A stretch of DNA of 64,000 nt. It comes from Rhina ancylostomus (Eukaryota). Below are positions 29,785 through 40,163 of the stretch, one piece after another. How positions within the stretch are numbered: position 1 is the first letter of the stretch; each line of letters starts with the position of its first letter. The stretch lies in the NCBI GenBank assembly GCA_030265395.1, contig JARFYF010000063.1, positions 43,286,235-43,350,234 of the forward strand. Reading direction: 5' to 3'. The position numbers were made by a program, and so were the translations under genes. The notes beneath the pieces are model-generated. The model saw nothing but the letters and a program-made list of their open reading frames with translations, was not told the origin of the DNA and searched no databases.

Positions 29785-32700
29785 TAATTTTGAGTTTTGA
29801 AATACTATTACCTTATTTAAAATCCTATGTTCGTGGTCAGAGAATGTAGTATTGGTACTATTTGTCTTGTTTTCTAAACGTAATGTTTTTCTTTGACTGG
29901 TCCTTACCATTGTCTTTCAGCAGCAACATTTCTTTGATGAAGATGACAGAATGGTGCCCAGTACACCAACACTTGTTGTGCCCCACCGATCAGATGGGTT
30001 TGCAGAAGCCATTCAGTAAGGGGATTTCTCTTTTATTGCCCTCAAAGTCCAAAATAAAGCATCTTTTTTCAAAATGTCTTGAGTAAACAGGAGGCATGCT
30101 TTTGTACAATAATATAACAAGTAAAATTCTGAGTGGTGAAGATTTGTGACTGACTGGCTTTTTATTCTGATTGGTTATGATCTTTTCAATGTATTGTGAA
30201 GATGGGGGAGTCAAGAACAAGTTTGTAGAGTTTTGAAAGTTGGTGAGCTTCAAATAAATATAAGAGAAACTGACTTTTTCCATGACATTGATATGTTTAT
30301 TTTAAAGAGTGGTTGGCTATTCAAAATTAGGAAATCCATGCCTTGCTAGGTGTTTTGAATCTGTTTGGTTTATGTACTTCTGTGCAATTCTGAATTTAAA
30401 AACTCATGTTAGAAACTCTGGTTAGTTCTCCCCAGGTTACAGGAGTCCCTCGCTTTAGGTTTGGACCACCTGAAGATATGAATCAGACTAGTTCAAGTCA
30501 GTCTGATCTTGGACAATTGGCATCCCAAGGAGGTAATATTTTGACAAAAAATTCTAAATCCCTTCAACATAAATGCAACATATTATGGAGGACCTTGAAA
30601 ATCAATCTCATAAACCATGCTTCCAACACTGGACCAAACTGTGGCCGATGATCTCCTTAAGAGAACCAGCATTCTGCTGGTCAGAGTGAAATAGGTTGTG
30701 GATTTGGTCAAGTACATTGTGAAAGTGGAAGTCTGAGACGTACTTGTGTAATGGGGGCAGGGGGTGGGTTTGATGGCACCACAGAGCGCTGTCTNNNNNN
30801 NNNNNNNNNNNNNNNNNNNNNNNNNNNNNNNNNNNNNNNNNNNNNNNNNNNNNNNNNNNNNNNNNNNNNNNNNNNNNNNNNNNNNNNNNNNNNNCTGAGA
30901 CGTACTTGTGTAATGGGGGCAGGGGGTGGGTTTGATGGCACCACATAGCGCTGTCTTACTGGGACTCTCCAGCATTACTTGGGAGAAGCACCACTCTGAT
31001 CCTGCACAGGATCAGAAACCTTGTTGATTTTAGGAGGTAATAAGTTACTTCTATAAATTTGCTTTACTTCAATATTTTTAATTATTATTCTTTAGTCAAT
31101 TAATTCAATTTTGGTAAAATTTAATTGTCTCTGAATGTCAGAGATGGTTAAGCACTCAAAATTATAAGTTTTGACAGAAGATAACACTCCACCCCCAGCT
31201 TTTTCTTCTGTCAGGGACTTCAGGGAACTTCATGGGTGGAGCCTCTACACTGTGCTGCCTTTGGCCCAGTTGCCAACCAGAACACACTGCTGGAATTAGA
31301 TGGAGAAGGCCAGTGAAAGGGGCATTCTGCGTTTGGCAATGAAAAAGAGTAGGTGGACCACAAGTGGCCATTCTGAGTGGGTGAGCCAGGGCAACATTAT
31401 TCAGTCCATTCAGCACTTTGGTGGTAATGATTTAGATGCTTTTTGCAGAGTAATACTTCTGGTACTTCAGATTTTTATTTTGCTTAATACTTCCATTACC
31501 TTGATTTTATTTTTCATAATGGAGGGAACAACTCTGAAAGTTTAGAAGGGTCTTTTTCATTGACAAATGATTTTCATTTTGATTCTTTCACCGTTTTGCT
31601 GAATGGAACTGAATTATTTTCATGTCACAAAATTGACCCTGTGGTCGATTACCAGTTGAATCAATGGTAACAATCTGTACTGGAGCAGAGGTGGAATTTG
31701 ATGTGGAGTAGCTCCAGCTACCTCATTTCAATTTGAAGAGAGCACCTAAGTAGTCTAAATTTAGTCTAAATAAAATACTGTAAGAAGTTTTTCCAAAAGA
31801 TAAAGTTATGTTCTGAAGTGTTGCTATAGAGTAAACAATGCAGCTGCCACAACACAGAAATGGGCCCATCGGTCCACCACATTCTTGCGGACCTTTCTGC
31901 CCATCTGTATCTACACCGATCCTATTTGCCAGCACCAGGTTGTATCCTCCTCTGCCTTGCTTATTTAAGTGCCTGTCTGAATGTCTTAAATGTAGTGATT
32001 GTATCTGACCCCACCACTTCCTCTGGCAGTGAGTTCCATCTATCAACCACTCTCTGTTTAAAACTCCTTCCTTTCATCTTAAACCGATGCNNNNNNNNNN
32101 NNNNNNNNNNNNNNNNNNNNNNNNNNNNNNNNNNNNNNNNNNNNNNNNNNNNNNNNNNNNNNNNNNNNNNNNNNNNNNNNNNNNNNNNNNACCGATGCCC
32201 TCTTGTTTTTGATTCTCCTACCACAGGAAGAAGATTCTGACCATCTCCCCTATTTATGCCTTTTTAATTTTATATACCTCTATCAGGTCATCCCTTGGTC
32301 TCCTTTACTGAAAACAAGCCCAGCCTGTCCAATCTCTCCCATAACTCAAGTCCTCCAATTCAGGCAACGTCTTGGTGAATCTCTGCAACACAACCATATC
32401 CTTCCCATAGTATGGAGACCAGAACAGCACATAATGCTCCAAGTCTCTCCTAACAAGTGTTTCATAAAATTGCAATATGCTGTCCCAGTTTTTGTATACT
32501 TATGCCCTGACCTATCAAGACAAGCATGCTGTATATGTTGTCACTTCCAGGGAACTATGGGCTTGAACCCCAAGGTCCCTCTGTTCATCAACATGCCTTA
32601 GCACCTTTCACTGAAATTTCCTACCCATATTTGACTTCCCAAAATGCATCACCTCGCACTTGTTGGGATTAAATTCCATCTGATCCTTCTTTTCCTCAGA

Positions 32701-35700
32701 CAACCATCCCCACTGTCAGCATCACCAACATGAGATAACTGGGATCATTTACTGCTTGTTGTTTGATCAGATCACTGGCAGGTTTTTTTTGCTTATTATA
32801 ATTTCTTTAAGAGTTGCTTTTGTGCTAATAAGTACCTTCACCCTGACTCTACAGGGTTAGGAATGTACGAGACTCCCATTTACCTTGCTGCTGTTCATGA
32901 AGATGAATCTGGAGGCCGCAGTGTACCTACTACACCATTGCAAGTTCATGCACCAGGTATGAATTTGTTGAAACTGTCCTAGTTGGAGGAAGAGCAACTG
33001 CACTGGGGATGGTGACTATACTATCCTGGTACTTTTCTGTTGAAACTTAAAACAATGAATTCCTCTTTGGTGTTTTTGACATTATAGAACAAATTTGGGC
33101 ATTTGGTTTTTGCAGTAACACTTCTGAGTCTTATAAATTGCCAGCTTTAAGTTACCTCATTTAGCGTTCTAACTTTCCCTATTTAACCTCCACAAGATCG
33201 AGCTGCATAATAAAAACAACTTTATTGCTGAGGCTGCTGTATGTAGTAACTCTTACTGAAGTTGGTCTGTTATAATGCTGGATCATTCCTTGTGACCCCT
33301 CCGCTTCTTTCTGAACAACATGCTTCTCCAGCGCCAGCATTTGAAACACAATGGGCCAGATTTTGCACCCAGCAAATGATTGACGCATTTCATGACCATG
33401 GCACTTTCCTTCAGACTTCGTGATATTTGCACTGGAGCTTCTGTAATAGGACGAAGCATTTCAATGCATAGCAAAGTTTGAACTATGAAGTTAAGTTAGG
33501 ATATTGGAAGTAACTGCCAATTCCAGCGGAGGCATCAAAATTGAAAGGGAAAGATGAGTTTATATATTTTTTTAAAAATCTGAAATAAAGAGTAGAATGT
33601 CACATCTGCCATGATATTGAATGGCTTGAGGGACTACTCAAGAGATTATTCATCCCATTCCCTGAGTTGCTATTGTGTTGGGAGTGTTTTTTTCAAAATT
33701 GAATAGTTTGCTTTCTCTTTTACTTTATTCTTAAGTTATTGTACTTTCATAAGACAGAACCACGTGTGGACTGTAATGATAGCTGAGGTTTTGTGATGGT
33801 GAACTCAGTGATTACATAATCAGTATTATGATTCCTTCAGTTATTTATTGATTTATTGATTCTGAAGGTAGCTCGAGTCTTTGCGTGTGTAATCACTGAG
33901 TTGGTAATGCATGGAATATGCATTGTTAAAAGCCAATGGTCGAGCTGGAAATATTGGCTTACTTATAGGATGCAATATCGTCACTGGACATGTTCTCATT
34001 TTGTGAACAGGTTGCTGGGAGTTTAATTCTTTAATGCAAATGGAATCATGCCTGCTTAATCCTCAGAACATTTTTAGCAGACGTTATTATCTTAAAACAA
34101 GCGTACTGTCACATATGAGCATGCGTATGAATTAGGAGCTAGGAGTAGACTTGGCCCCTTGAGTCTTCTGAACTGATTGTATGTTCTTGCAAATTGGTAA
34201 CTTTTCATTCCCTTTGATTTACAAGAGTCTGTCAATCTCTGCCTTAAAATATTCAAAGACTCTGCTTCCACTGTACTTAGATGAAAAATTCCAAAGACGC
34301 AAGACCTTCAGAAATACTTTCCCTTCCCTGTCTTAAAATGATGTCCCCTTATTAAAGAGTGTCCGCAACCTTTAGATTCTCTCTCAAAATAAAACATAAA
34401 TTTTTTTCCCAAGACCCCTGAGGACCTTGAATGTTTCAATCAAGTCATCTCACACTTTTACAAACTCCTGCAATGCAAGCCTAGACTGTCCCAACTTTTC
34501 CTCGTAAGATATCCTGTGTATTCCAGGTATTAGTTTGGTAAACCTTTCTTGCAAACTGCTTTCAATGTACTTGCATCCTTCCTTAATTAAGATTAATATT
34601 GTATATTTGTTGCCTCCTCATATGATTTTTTTTTAATGTTGTAGCCCCATGCAGATACATAACAACTTTATATTCTTCCAGTGACTGTTTTCAATGAGGG
34701 ACCACAAACAGATATAACTGAGCACGCCTCCCAGTCTGTTCCTATGGTTGCAACATCCACGAGCAATCTATCCAGCACTGTTGAATCTGGAGGTGGTGAT
34801 GATGGTGATGAAGTGTTTATCGAAGGAGCAGACCAAGAAGGGTAAGAAGAAAGACTAATGCTGTTCACTATCAACACTTATTTTAAGGACCACTTAAATT
34901 ATTGACTTACAATTGATTACATATTGTTACAGTTTTCTAAAAAAATTAACTATTGCTTTAAAAAAGCCTTCAGCAATTTAATTTGGCCTAGAATGCTGAC
35001 TAAATTCTCAGTGGACTCTACATCAAAGATGAATTGACTAACTGTGTATGGAGCAAGAAGGAATAGATACTGTAAGATCCTAAATAATACTTTTCATTGG
35101 CACTCACAAAGAAAATGGACTTTGTAGTAGGAGGAATAAATAAGGAGGAAGTACTTGATGTCTTGGTGACTATAAAGATGGATAAATCCCAAGAACTAGA
35201 TGAGATGTATCTCAGGCTGTTACAGGAGGCAAGGGAAGAGATTGTTGTGGCTTTGTCTGAGATGTTCAATGGCCACATGTGAGGTTCCAGATGACTGGTG
35301 GATGGTAAACACAGATCCCCCTCTTCANNNNNNNNNNNNNNNNNNNNNNNNNNNNNNNNNNNNNNNNNNNNNNNNNNNNNNNNNNNNNNNNNNNNNNNNN
35401 NNNNNNNNNNNNNNNNNNNNNNNNNNNNNNNNNNNNNNNNNNNNNNNNNNNNNNNNNNNNNNNNNNNNNNNNNNNNNNNNNNNNNNNNNNNNNNNCAGTT
35501 ATTTTGAACAGTTAACAAAGTTTACAAATGAGGACAGTAGGTGTAATTTACATGGACTTCAGTTGGGCCTTTCACAAGGTCCCACATAGAGACCGATCCA
35601 AAAGGCTAGGGTCCATAGGATCCAGGGCAAGCTGGTAGATTGGCTTGTCAATAGGAGACAGAGGGTGATGGTAGAGTGTTTTTATGACTCAGGTGCTGGT

Positions 35701-38700
35701 GACCAGTGGGTTCCACAGGTTTCGGTGCTGGCAACCTTGCTATTTATAATACAAGTGAATGATGCAGGTGCATGATCAATATGTGACACAGGTGATGCGT
35801 GCCAAAAGTCTCTGATGTACCCTTTATTGAGACATGTTGTTGCTCAGTGTACTGATTACCCCACTAGCCATGTTAATTCCTTGGACAGCAAAATGTTGAA
35901 GAATGCACAAGGCATGGTTAACAAATTTGCAGATGACACTAAAATGGTGGTGGTGTAGACAGTGAGGAAGGTCATCAAGAATTGCAGCGGGATTTTGATC
36001 AGCAGGGTAAGTTGGCCAAGGAATAGCAAATGAAGCTTAATTTAGATGAGTGTGTGGTGTTGCGTTTTGGAAAGTCAAATCTAGGTAGAACTTTCACAAT
36101 GCATGGTAGGACCCTGGGGAATGTTGTCAAGCAGAGGGACCTTGGAGTTCAGGTACATGGTTCCCTGAAAGTGGAGTCGCAGGTAGACAGAGTGGTGGTA
36201 AAAGCTTTTGACATGCTGGCCTTTATCATTCAAGACATTGAATAGAGAAGTTAGGATGTTATGTTGCAGTTGTGCAAGATATTGGTGAGGCTGCATTTGA
36301 AATATTGTGTTCAGTTTTGGTCACCCTACTATAGGAAAGATGTTATTAAACTGGAAAGAGTGCATAAGGTTTTACAAGGGTGTTGCCAGAACTCAAAGGA
36401 CTGAGGTATTAGAGGGAAGTTCGACAGGCTAGGACTTTATTCATTGCAGCATAGGAGACTGATGGATGATATGTTATAGAGGTGTATCAATTCTTGAGGG
36501 GCATAGGTAGGGTGAATGCACTCAGTCTTTTTCCCAGGGTTGAGAAATCAAGAACAAGAGGGCACAAGATTACAGTGAGAGGGAAAGATTTAATAGGAAC
36601 TTGAGGGCCAAATTTCTTTTTAAACAAAGTGTGGTACCTATATGGAATGAGCTGCCAGAAGAAGTGGTTTAGGCAGGTACAATAACAACTTTTAAAAGAC
36701 AGTTGGACAAGTACATGGATATAAAAGGATAAGAAAAAGATGGATGAAACACAGAGAAATGGGATTAACTTGGATGGGTATCTTGGAAATGGACGAGTTG
36801 GGCTAAAGGGCTCCATACTATATGACTCTATGACTACAAAAAACAAGTGAGAAATGTTGTTGCCCAAGGAAGTAAGTCTTGGGGAGACTGAAAATTCTTC
36901 CAGTTGGCCATTATATAGGAATTTGTCTATTGTTGTGTTTTTACTCTTCTGTGTAAAAACAAATTGATTTTCCATAACGATCAGCCTGTTGAATGGTGCC
37001 ATGAATGTAACAAAGACTTATCCTCATATTTTCACTCGATCATAAGATAAGCTGTCAAACAGAGCAGAATCTTGTCTTTATTACTTTGATGTCCAAAAAA
37101 TCTCCCTCTCTACCTGTACATCTCAAATGAAAGAAGCATCAAATCCTGATTTTTATCCCGTTAAAGAAGCCAAGCCCTGTTATCACTTCTATTATCTGTA
37201 TAATGCAAATCATGCCCATCAGTGCAGTACAGCAATTTATGTATTAAATAATGTAAATTAAGTGCGGCATACAGTTAGTAGCCAGTGTCTGAGCACTTTT
37301 GCTGAGCAACGGTTTGGTTCCATTTGAGAATTACAGAGCCAAAGGTATAGAGCAGTTCTGAGTGCTCAGTGCAGGATCTTGAGATGAAAATTTGCTCAAG
37401 CAGTTGCTAACTGTGCCACCTCGGGTCTCCTTTCTATGGTTTTATTTTTATGTACATTTAATTTACATTTAAACAAGCATTTTCTTAATTCTGGCTGAGG
37501 GAGAGAGTTGTATTCATCAGATCAGTAACTTCTACTGTTGTGCATTTGATAGTCTGGTTTAACATCTCTCTTCGTTTTCGATTCCGTTTTCTTCAAAGGC
37601 TTAGGAATAGCTCAAACCAATCATCTATCCAAGTGGCAGATTGGAAATCATAAATACTTATCTTTGGAAGTTCATTGACATGGAGTTTTGATGCTCTAGG
37701 GTAGTGTTTATTTTATTTTTTATTTGTTTTAGTGTGATATTTATGTTAATATTTCATTTATAACTTTTATAATGAGTTATTCTTATGAGAAGGGTTTCAC
37801 CCAATGCAGTGGTTAGTAGATAAACTAAAGATGCCTTCCTTCTTCCCCCCCCCCCACCCCCCCCCAGTCTCAGTTCAGATGTTATGTTGGAAATTGAAGG
37901 ACACCAGGAGGAAGAATCTGCCCAGCCTTCTGAAGAAGCAGATATCCCATCCACTAGTCAGGATCCTCCTTCCAGTTCAGCTGGTATGTAATTTCAAAGG
38001 GCCGTGGTGGATTTGTGCACATTCTTATTAAATTGCTGGTTGACTGCATGTGGTGCCCTTGTGCGAAAAGGGTGCATCAGTCAAGGGAATTACACAGAAT
38101 TCTTTAACAAATCGGGGAGTGGCTAATATTGTTAGTTCCATGAAGTATAATGAAAAGTGTATGTAAAATTTGTTTAAATTGTTATTTTTTTTGTAAAGGT
38201 ACATGCATTTTATGGAAGGCCTTTTCACACTATCACACATCTTAAATCTTTGAGACAATGTGCTTTGCATCTCATGAAATACAAAACTGGACAGTTGGCA
38301 GCAAGCTCCCACAAGTATGATAATCAACTTTTTTCACATGGTGTTCATTGAAGGATAAGTTACCCAGGACACCAGTTCTTGGAACCAGTGTCATATTGTG
38401 TCTTGATTCTTGAATCACTTGAGAAAAAGACAAGTGTCGTGATTTAACATCTCTAAGACTACACCTTAACAATTCTGCACTCCTTCCATTACCACATTGG
38501 AATATCAGCTTAAGTTTTCATATCGGGCTCTTCAGTGAGGTTTAAACCCCTAGCCTTCTGCTTAAGAGATACCTCAGTTGTTGGTGTGTTACAGGACAAA
38601 TTATTTAGGGTCACCTTGAAAGGCTGTTCATTTAAAAAGGACCTACCCTATTGTTTGTCATGAAGCCACCAGTGTCTGTGCTTTAACTTTGGTTTATTGT

Positions 38701-39887
38701 CTTTACTTATCCCCTCCTGTGCACTTCAGTTTTTTATTGACATATTTTGATAGATGCTGCCATCACACAGCCTAAACCTTTGAGAAGAGTACGACTTTAT
38801 CCACAGATGGGGAGAACTGCTGCTCGAGGGCGACAGTTCCTTAGCCGGAGAGGTAAGAACTATTTAATCTTATATAGTGACATTGTAATGGGATGCTTTA
38901 CAAGGGAGAAGTAAACACCAAGCAGGAAAAGGAAGAATGTGACTAGAGTCTTTGGGCAACAGTTTTGAGATGTGATTTCATGCTATTTAAGAGTATGTGT
39001 AAAGTGGTGAAAGGGAACTCCTCCCTGAGGGAAAGGCCAGGTACTTGAGGGGTGAAGTGATTTAAACAAGCCCAAGATTGGCTGGAAAGCTGCAAGTGTA
39101 TGTTCAGACCAGAGAAAATTTTACATTAGGCAGGAGATGGGGTGGAGGGGATAGAAATCTAAGATTAGAGTCAGCATCTTGAAGGGGCCAACAGACCTAG
39201 CAAAAATCTTTTAGGTAGAATATGGCTTCAGTTCTGGGTGAACTAATTGATTGACCCTTGCAAAGGTGTTTGCAAGGAACCCCATTTGAGAAACTTGTGC
39301 TTGACATAATGAACAGTACTTGCCTATTATGATAGACGAATACATTCTACCAATGGAGTCCCTTTTTTTTGTATTCCTACAACTCATTTTCCCTCACATA
39401 TCCGTCAACTCCCCTTTGACTCTTGTGCCACCTACCTACACTAAGGGATAATTACAATAGCCAGTTAACCTACCAGCTCATCTTTAGGACGTGGGAAGAA
39501 ACTAGAGGAAACCCATGGGGTCATTGAGAGAAGGTGCAAACTCCACACAGATGGTGCCAAGGGTAGTTTTGAACCTGAAGCTGTGAAGAAGCAGTACTAA
39601 CTGTTGCACCACCAAGCTGCACAGATCAGGGTTTCAGGAGCTGTAAGTTTACCAGTAAATATTGCATTTTAAAGTGTTCAAACTGCAGTACATAAAAAGC
39701 AGGCATCATTTGGTTATGCTTCAGTTTTAATTATACATTGTTATATTGCAGTAACAGAGCAAGAAGACAATTCACTTATAAAACAATTGTTCTCTCTCAT
39801 AACTCCAGGTTATTATGTTTCCCATTTACAGGTATGAACCTTTCAATGGGAGGAAGAAGAGGCATAAACAGAGGAAATCATAGTTGA
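1..39887 (+). CDS. TPR: TPR (translocated promoter region, nuclear basket protein), 3' part, 27 coding exons; 5' exons lie outside the window
   Basis: Spliced translation follows human TPR co-linearly ([39 protein letters not shown], bipartite NLS KRQRE...[42 protein letters not shown]-terminal RGINRGN). All introns are GT-AG with consistent phase. Confidence 0.98.
1005..1344 (-). mobile_element. tRNA-derived V-SINE (HE1-like)
   Basis: 5' GGGGCAGCACGGTAGCGTAGTGGTTAGC (A box), GGTCGATTCC (B box), core TCCGGTTTCCTCCCACATTCCAAAGAC, CR1-like tail; spans an N gap. Confidence 0.8.
1976..2160 (+). CDS. TPR: TPR exon
   Basis: tgtag|[17 protein letters not shown]...[14 protein letters not shown]|gtaaat. 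Confidence 0.95.
3258..3937 (-). mobile_element. L1/Tx1-like LINE 3' fragment (ORF2 C-terminal zinc-finger region plus 3' UTR), copy 1
   Basis: [31 protein letters not shown]...PPTHTQWL; AATAAA and A-rich end on -. Confidence 0.8.
4039..5103 (-). mobile_element. CR1-clade LINE ORF2 fragment (end of endonuclease to start of RT)
   Basis: LDLVL...[54 protein letters not shown]; open for ~340 codons. Confidence 0.92.
5112..5950 (-). mobile_element. L1/Tx1-like LINE 3' fragment, copy 2
   Basis: [48 protein letters not shown]; highly similar to 3258-3937. Confidence 0.82.
6406..6553 (+). CDS. TPR: TPR exon
   Basis: cacag|[28 protein letters not shown]...EREKVQ|gtaaat. Confidence 0.96.
6759..6896 (+). 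CDS. TPR: TPR exon
   Basis: aacag|[46 protein letters not shown]|gtcagt. Confidence 0.96.
7375..7506 (+). CDS. TPR: TPR exon
   Basis: cttag|[44 protein letters not shown]|gtatgg. Confidence 0.96.
7854..7984 (+). CDS. TPR: TPR exon
   Basis: tttag|[44 protein letters not shown]|gtaagc. Confidence 0.95.
9113..9323 (+). CDS. TPR: TPR exon
   Basis: tatag|[11 protein letters not shown]...[25 protein letters not shown]|gtaaat. Confidence 0.96.
10210..10600 (+). mobile_element. Degenerate V-SINE with a nested opposite-strand CR1-type tail (~10445-10510)
   Basis: gcatgggtttcctcc...ccagtttcttcccacatcccaaagac core; tail gggctgaagggcctttctccatgctgtatc. Confidence 0.65.
11270..11683 (+). mobile_element. 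Interspersed repeat end, probably Penelope-like
   Basis: gatgaagggtcttgatccaaaac...gatgttgcttgacccactgagttcctccagca...ccagcatctgcagtc motif; family assignment from recall. Confidence 0.5.
11911..12076. repeat. 83-bp tandem duplication (2 copies, 2 mismatches)
   Basis: tgctcattcacttttaaaatttactagtcc...ggactgtttactc at 11911 and 11994. Confidence 0.9.
12269..12415 (+). CDS. TPR: TPR exon
   Basis: tccag|[17 protein letters not shown]...[16 protein letters not shown]|gtaagg. Confidence 0.92.
14258..14456 (+). CDS. TPR: TPR exon
   Basis: ttcag|[33 protein letters not shown]...[21 protein letters not shown]|gtcagt. Confidence 0.95.
14744..14970 (+). CDS. TPR: TPR exon (end of coiled coil)
   Basis: tttag|[23 protein letters not shown]...[22 protein letters not shown]...TIK|gtacgt. 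Confidence 0.95.
15534..15613 (+). CDS. TPR: TPR exon
   Basis: attag|[27 protein letters not shown]|gtaaga. Confidence 0.9.
15999..16207 (+). CDS. TPR: TPR exon
   Basis: tgcag|[22 protein letters not shown]...[15 protein letters not shown]...PTTQVETQE|gtatct. Confidence 0.95.
16401..16673 (+). CDS. TPR: TPR exon (NAGNAG acceptor; alternative start 16398)
   Basis: cagcag|[27 protein letters not shown]...[12 protein letters not shown]|gttagt. Confidence 0.93.
16740..16932. mobile_element. Short fold-back (inverted-repeat) element
   Basis: Left arm gaaacagagtcagtgtttcagg pairs with right arm ctgaaacattgactctatttc; related copy at ~40660-40826. Confidence 0.6.
18521..18660 (+). CDS. TPR: TPR exon carrying the bipartite NLS (alternative start 18527, alternative end 18651)
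   Basis: ttcag|[17 protein letters not shown]...[16 protein letters not shown]|gtgctt; matches human KRTREEE...PKKLK. Confidence 0.88.
19083..19358. mobile_element. Non-autonomous DNA transposon (MITE, Tc1/mariner-Tigger-like), copy 1
   Basis: TIRs tagtaaaactcagataa / ttatctgagttttactg. Confidence 0.7.
19536..19631 (+). CDS. TPR: TPR exon
   Basis: ttcag|[32 protein letters not shown]|gtcagt. Confidence 0.9.
21248..21439 (+). CDS. TPR: TPR exon
   Basis: tgcag|[24 protein letters not shown]...[18 protein letters not shown]|gtaaac. Confidence 0.9.
21800..22670 (-). mobile_element. Degenerate CR1 LINE 3' fragment
   Basis: [37 protein letters not shown]; contains a 35-bp tandem duplication at ~22420-22490. 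Confidence 0.75.
22673..23096. mobile_element. MITE copy 2, same family as 19083-19358, inserted in a CR1 fragment
   Basis: TA + cagtaaaactgtgataatc ... gattatcagaattttgctg; shared internal gatttt..ggactattggat. Confidence 0.65.
23604..23732 (+). CDS. TPR: TPR exon, acidic D/E tract
   Basis: tttag|[43 protein letters not shown]|gtatgc. Confidence 0.92.
25031..25430 (+). mobile_element. CR1 LINE 3' end
   Basis: [35 protein letters not shown]; tail gggccgaagggcctgtattgtgctgtattgttctatg. Confidence 0.9.
25456..25528 (+). CDS. TPR: TPR exon
   Basis: cacag|[24 protein letters not shown]|gtaagt (human GGDGTDPGTE). Confidence 0.88.
26704..26885 (+). CDS. TPR: TPR exon (alternative in-frame start 26710)
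   Basis: aatag|SVGEGCV...[27 protein letters not shown]|gtgctg. Confidence 0.9.
27755..28370 (+). mobile_element. CR1 LINE 3' fragment
   Basis: [23 protein letters not shown]; aatgccctgccaggggaggtggtggaagcagatacaatag. Confidence 0.85.
29349..29420 (+). CDS. TPR: TPR exon
   Basis: ttcag|[24 protein letters not shown]|gtaagt. Confidence 0.92.
29737..29782. repeat. (GT)23 microsatellite
   Basis: Perfect GT run in the TPR intron. Confidence 0.97.
29921..30015 (+). CDS. TPR: TPR exon (NAGNAG acceptor)
   Basis: ttcag|[32 protein letters not shown]|gtaagg. Confidence 0.96.
30426..30532 (+). CDS. TPR: TPR exon
   Basis: gttag|[35 protein letters not shown]|gtaata. Confidence 0.95.
31835..32690 (-). 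mobile_element. CR1 LINE 3' fragment
   Basis: [24 protein letters not shown]; RT-end remnants (RDLGVQ..SLEV). Confidence 0.82.
32855..32956 (+). CDS. TPR: TPR exon
   Basis: tacag|[34 protein letters not shown]|gtatga. Confidence 0.96.
34120..34600 (-). mobile_element. Degenerate CR1 3' fragment
   Basis: aatctctgccttaaaatattcaaagactctgcttccact; tttcaatcaagtcatctcacac (GDLIET on -). Confidence 0.55.
34682..34841 (+). CDS. TPR: TPR exon
   Basis: tccag|[27 protein letters not shown]...[16 protein letters not shown]|gtaaga. Confidence 0.95.
35040..36835 (+). mobile_element. Fragmented CR1 LINE ORF2 and 3' end
   Basis: [63 protein letters not shown]; tail ctatatgactctatgact. Confidence 0.9.
37868..37983 (+). 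CDS. TPR: TPR exon
   Basis: cccag|[38 protein letters not shown]|gtatgt. Confidence 0.94.
38270..38580 (-). mobile_element. Degenerate Deu-domain SINE-like repeat (related remnants ~28840-28960 +, ~42900-43160 -)
   Basis: gatttaacatctc...acaattctgcactccttccattaccacattggaatatcagc...tttaaacccctagccttctg; family from recall. Confidence 0.45.
38754..38852 (+). CDS. TPR: TPR exon
   Basis: gatag|[33 protein letters not shown]|gtaaga. Confidence 0.93.
39385..39620 (-). mobile_element. Degenerate V-SINE
   Basis: tctttaggacgtgggaagaaac...gaggaaacccatgggg...gcaaactccacacaga. Confidence 0.7.
39832..39887 (+). CDS. TPR: TPR terminal coding exon
   Basis: tacag|[18 protein letters not shown] (human ...MGGRGGINRGNIN*); TGA at 39885-39887. 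Confidence 0.93.
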
Positions 39888-39946
39888 AGTGCATGTACCC
39901 ATGTGAAGCGTATTGATCCCTAGTCATTGGTTTGGCTCCTTGCTAC

Positions 39947-39952
39947 AATAAA
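39947..39952 (+). terminator. Candidate TPR polyadenylation signal AATAAA (proximal)
   Basis: AATAAA ~60 nt after the stop, followed by T/GT-rich sequence. Confidence 0.6.
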
Positions 39953-40015
39953 ACAAATTTTTGAACTTCAAACATTTGTGGGTTCTTGTTCCATTACAAT
40001 TTTTTTCCATGGAAA

Positions 40016-40021
40016 AATAAA
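40016..40021 (+). terminator. Candidate TPR polyadenylation signal AATAAA (distal)
   Basis: AATAAA followed by T-rich tracts. Confidence 0.5.
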
Positions 40022-40032
40022 ATGATTTCCTT

Positions 40033-40038
40033 TTTAAT
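40033..40038 (-). terminator. Candidate PRG4 polyadenylation signal ATTAAA
   Basis: Only canonical-type hexamer seen on - between the two stop codons, ~40 nt after the PRG4 TAG. Confidence 0.4.
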
Positions 40039-40077
40039 CGGTGTGGAAGCTTGTTATTTTTTCCTTTCAAATGTTTG

Positions 40078-40163
40078 CTAATGGCATTCATACAAGTCCT
40101 TTGTTATGCTTCTTTTCATATAAGTAGCTTTCTGGTTCACTGGATCAACCTTGTAGGATTTAG
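40078..40163 (-). CDS. PRG4: PRG4 terminal coding exon
   Basis: Strong pyrimidine tract ttttag|AKSYKVDPVNQKATYMKRSITKDLYECH*; phase 1 fits; ends Y-x-C-x-stop like human WYNCP*. Confidence 0.85.

Noticed and set aside
33180-33900. Possible intronic snoRNA or conserved ncRNA in TPR introns
   Set aside because: No convincing C/D or H/ACA box pair with a terminal stem was seen; an Rfam/Infernal scan would be needed.
37845-37866. Poly-C run before a TPR exon
   Set aside because: Explained as the polypyrimidine tract of the 37868 acceptor.
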